Below are positions 63,872 to 64,000 of a stretch of 64,000 bases of DNA, in pieces. How positions within the stretch are numbered: the first letter of the stretch is position 1; each line of letters opens with the position of its first letter. Source of the DNA: Spirochaetales bacterium (GTDB lineage Bacteria; Spirochaetota; Spirochaetia; Treponematales; Treponemataceae); contig QKDA01000231.1 of the NCBI GenBank assembly GCA_003246765.1, positions 25-64,024 of the forward strand, in the 5' to 3' direction. Under the pieces are notes generated by a model, which saw only the letters and a list, made by a program, of their open reading frames with translations, did not search any database and was not told the DNA's origin. Both the position numbers and the translations under genes were made by a program.

Positions 63872-64000
63872 TCACTCCGGCTTGCGGAAAGCGACAACCG
63901 CCGCGTTGAACTCCTTGAGGAACCCCGGGTTAAGGGCGATGAAGCAGCGGGAGAAGTAGACGTACAATGGGTTGGATGACTGGGTAACAATCGTGAACCG
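63872..64000 (-). CDS. 3' end of an unidentified gene running into the window edge
   Basis: The minus-strand frame is open from nt 64000 to the TGA at 63874-63872 (…RFTIVTQSSNPLYVYFSRCFIALNPGFLKEFNAAVVAFRKPE). Too short to assign. Confidence 0.3.
   Translation of the reverse strand, partial: RFTIVTQSSNPLYVYFSRCFIALNPGFLKEFNAAVVAFRKPE

Noticed and set aside
1-64000. Search for CRISPR arrays, IS elements or transposases, integrases, phage genes, toxin-antitoxin pairs and rRNA genes.
   Set aside because: No direct-repeat/spacer arrays, terminal inverted repeats, DDE/tyrosine/serine recombinase motifs or rRNA-like sequence were found. The only tandem repeats are the in-frame 285-bp units and the 19-nt duplication described above.

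Overview
High-GC bacterial chromosome segment. The gene content (EarP with Arg-type EF-P, a DUF4954-like protein, IOR/PaaK) would fit a spirochaete-like anaerobe, but the taxon cannot be fixed from sequence alone. Layout: (i) 1-1.7 kb earP-efp. (ii) 1.8-3.4 kb AAA ATPase. (iii) About 3.5-38 kb is a large, visibly AT-richer exopolysaccharide/biofilm-matrix locus. It holds a VpsT/CsgD-like regulator, a sigma-54 enhancer-binding response regulator, a priming sugar transferase, Wza/Wzz/Wzx/Wzy-like proteins and seven glycosyltransferase genes (four GT2, one GT4, an Alg14/Alg13-like pair). It also holds an acetyltransferase, an acyl-ligase/ACP/AcpS/SGNH-like module, an AsnB/NadE-like amidation module, several secreted lipoproteins and an ABC-2 exporter. 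(iv) 38.0-41.8 kb is a five-gene peptide-maturation-like cassette: NTP_transf_5 nucleotidyltransferase, SipW-type peptidase, HprK-like kinase, PqqD and radical SAM/SPASM, with no adjacent precursor. (v) 41.8-64 kb is housekeeping: mdh, gnd, deoD, alr, iorA-pepF-iorB-paaK, two response regulators and tRNA-Leu(CAG). Four genes here are disrupted (GH3, pfkB, a REC-HD-GYP regulator, pepF). The most interesting signals are the orphan maturation cassette and a strongly expressed-looking 46-aa Cys-Cys-Ser-terminated peptide gene 30 kb away. Three apparent cyclic-nucleotide input points are also built directly into EPS enzymes and regulators: a degenerate GGDEF with an intact RxxD site fused to the priming transferase, cNMP-binding plus HD-GYP domains fused to an acyl-AMP ligase, and a W-I-S-R VpsT-type motif. 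Three tandem paralogs of an unassigned secreted domain are a further lead. No CRISPR array, transposase, integrase or phage gene was seen. All functional calls rest on motif recognition by eye, with no database search.
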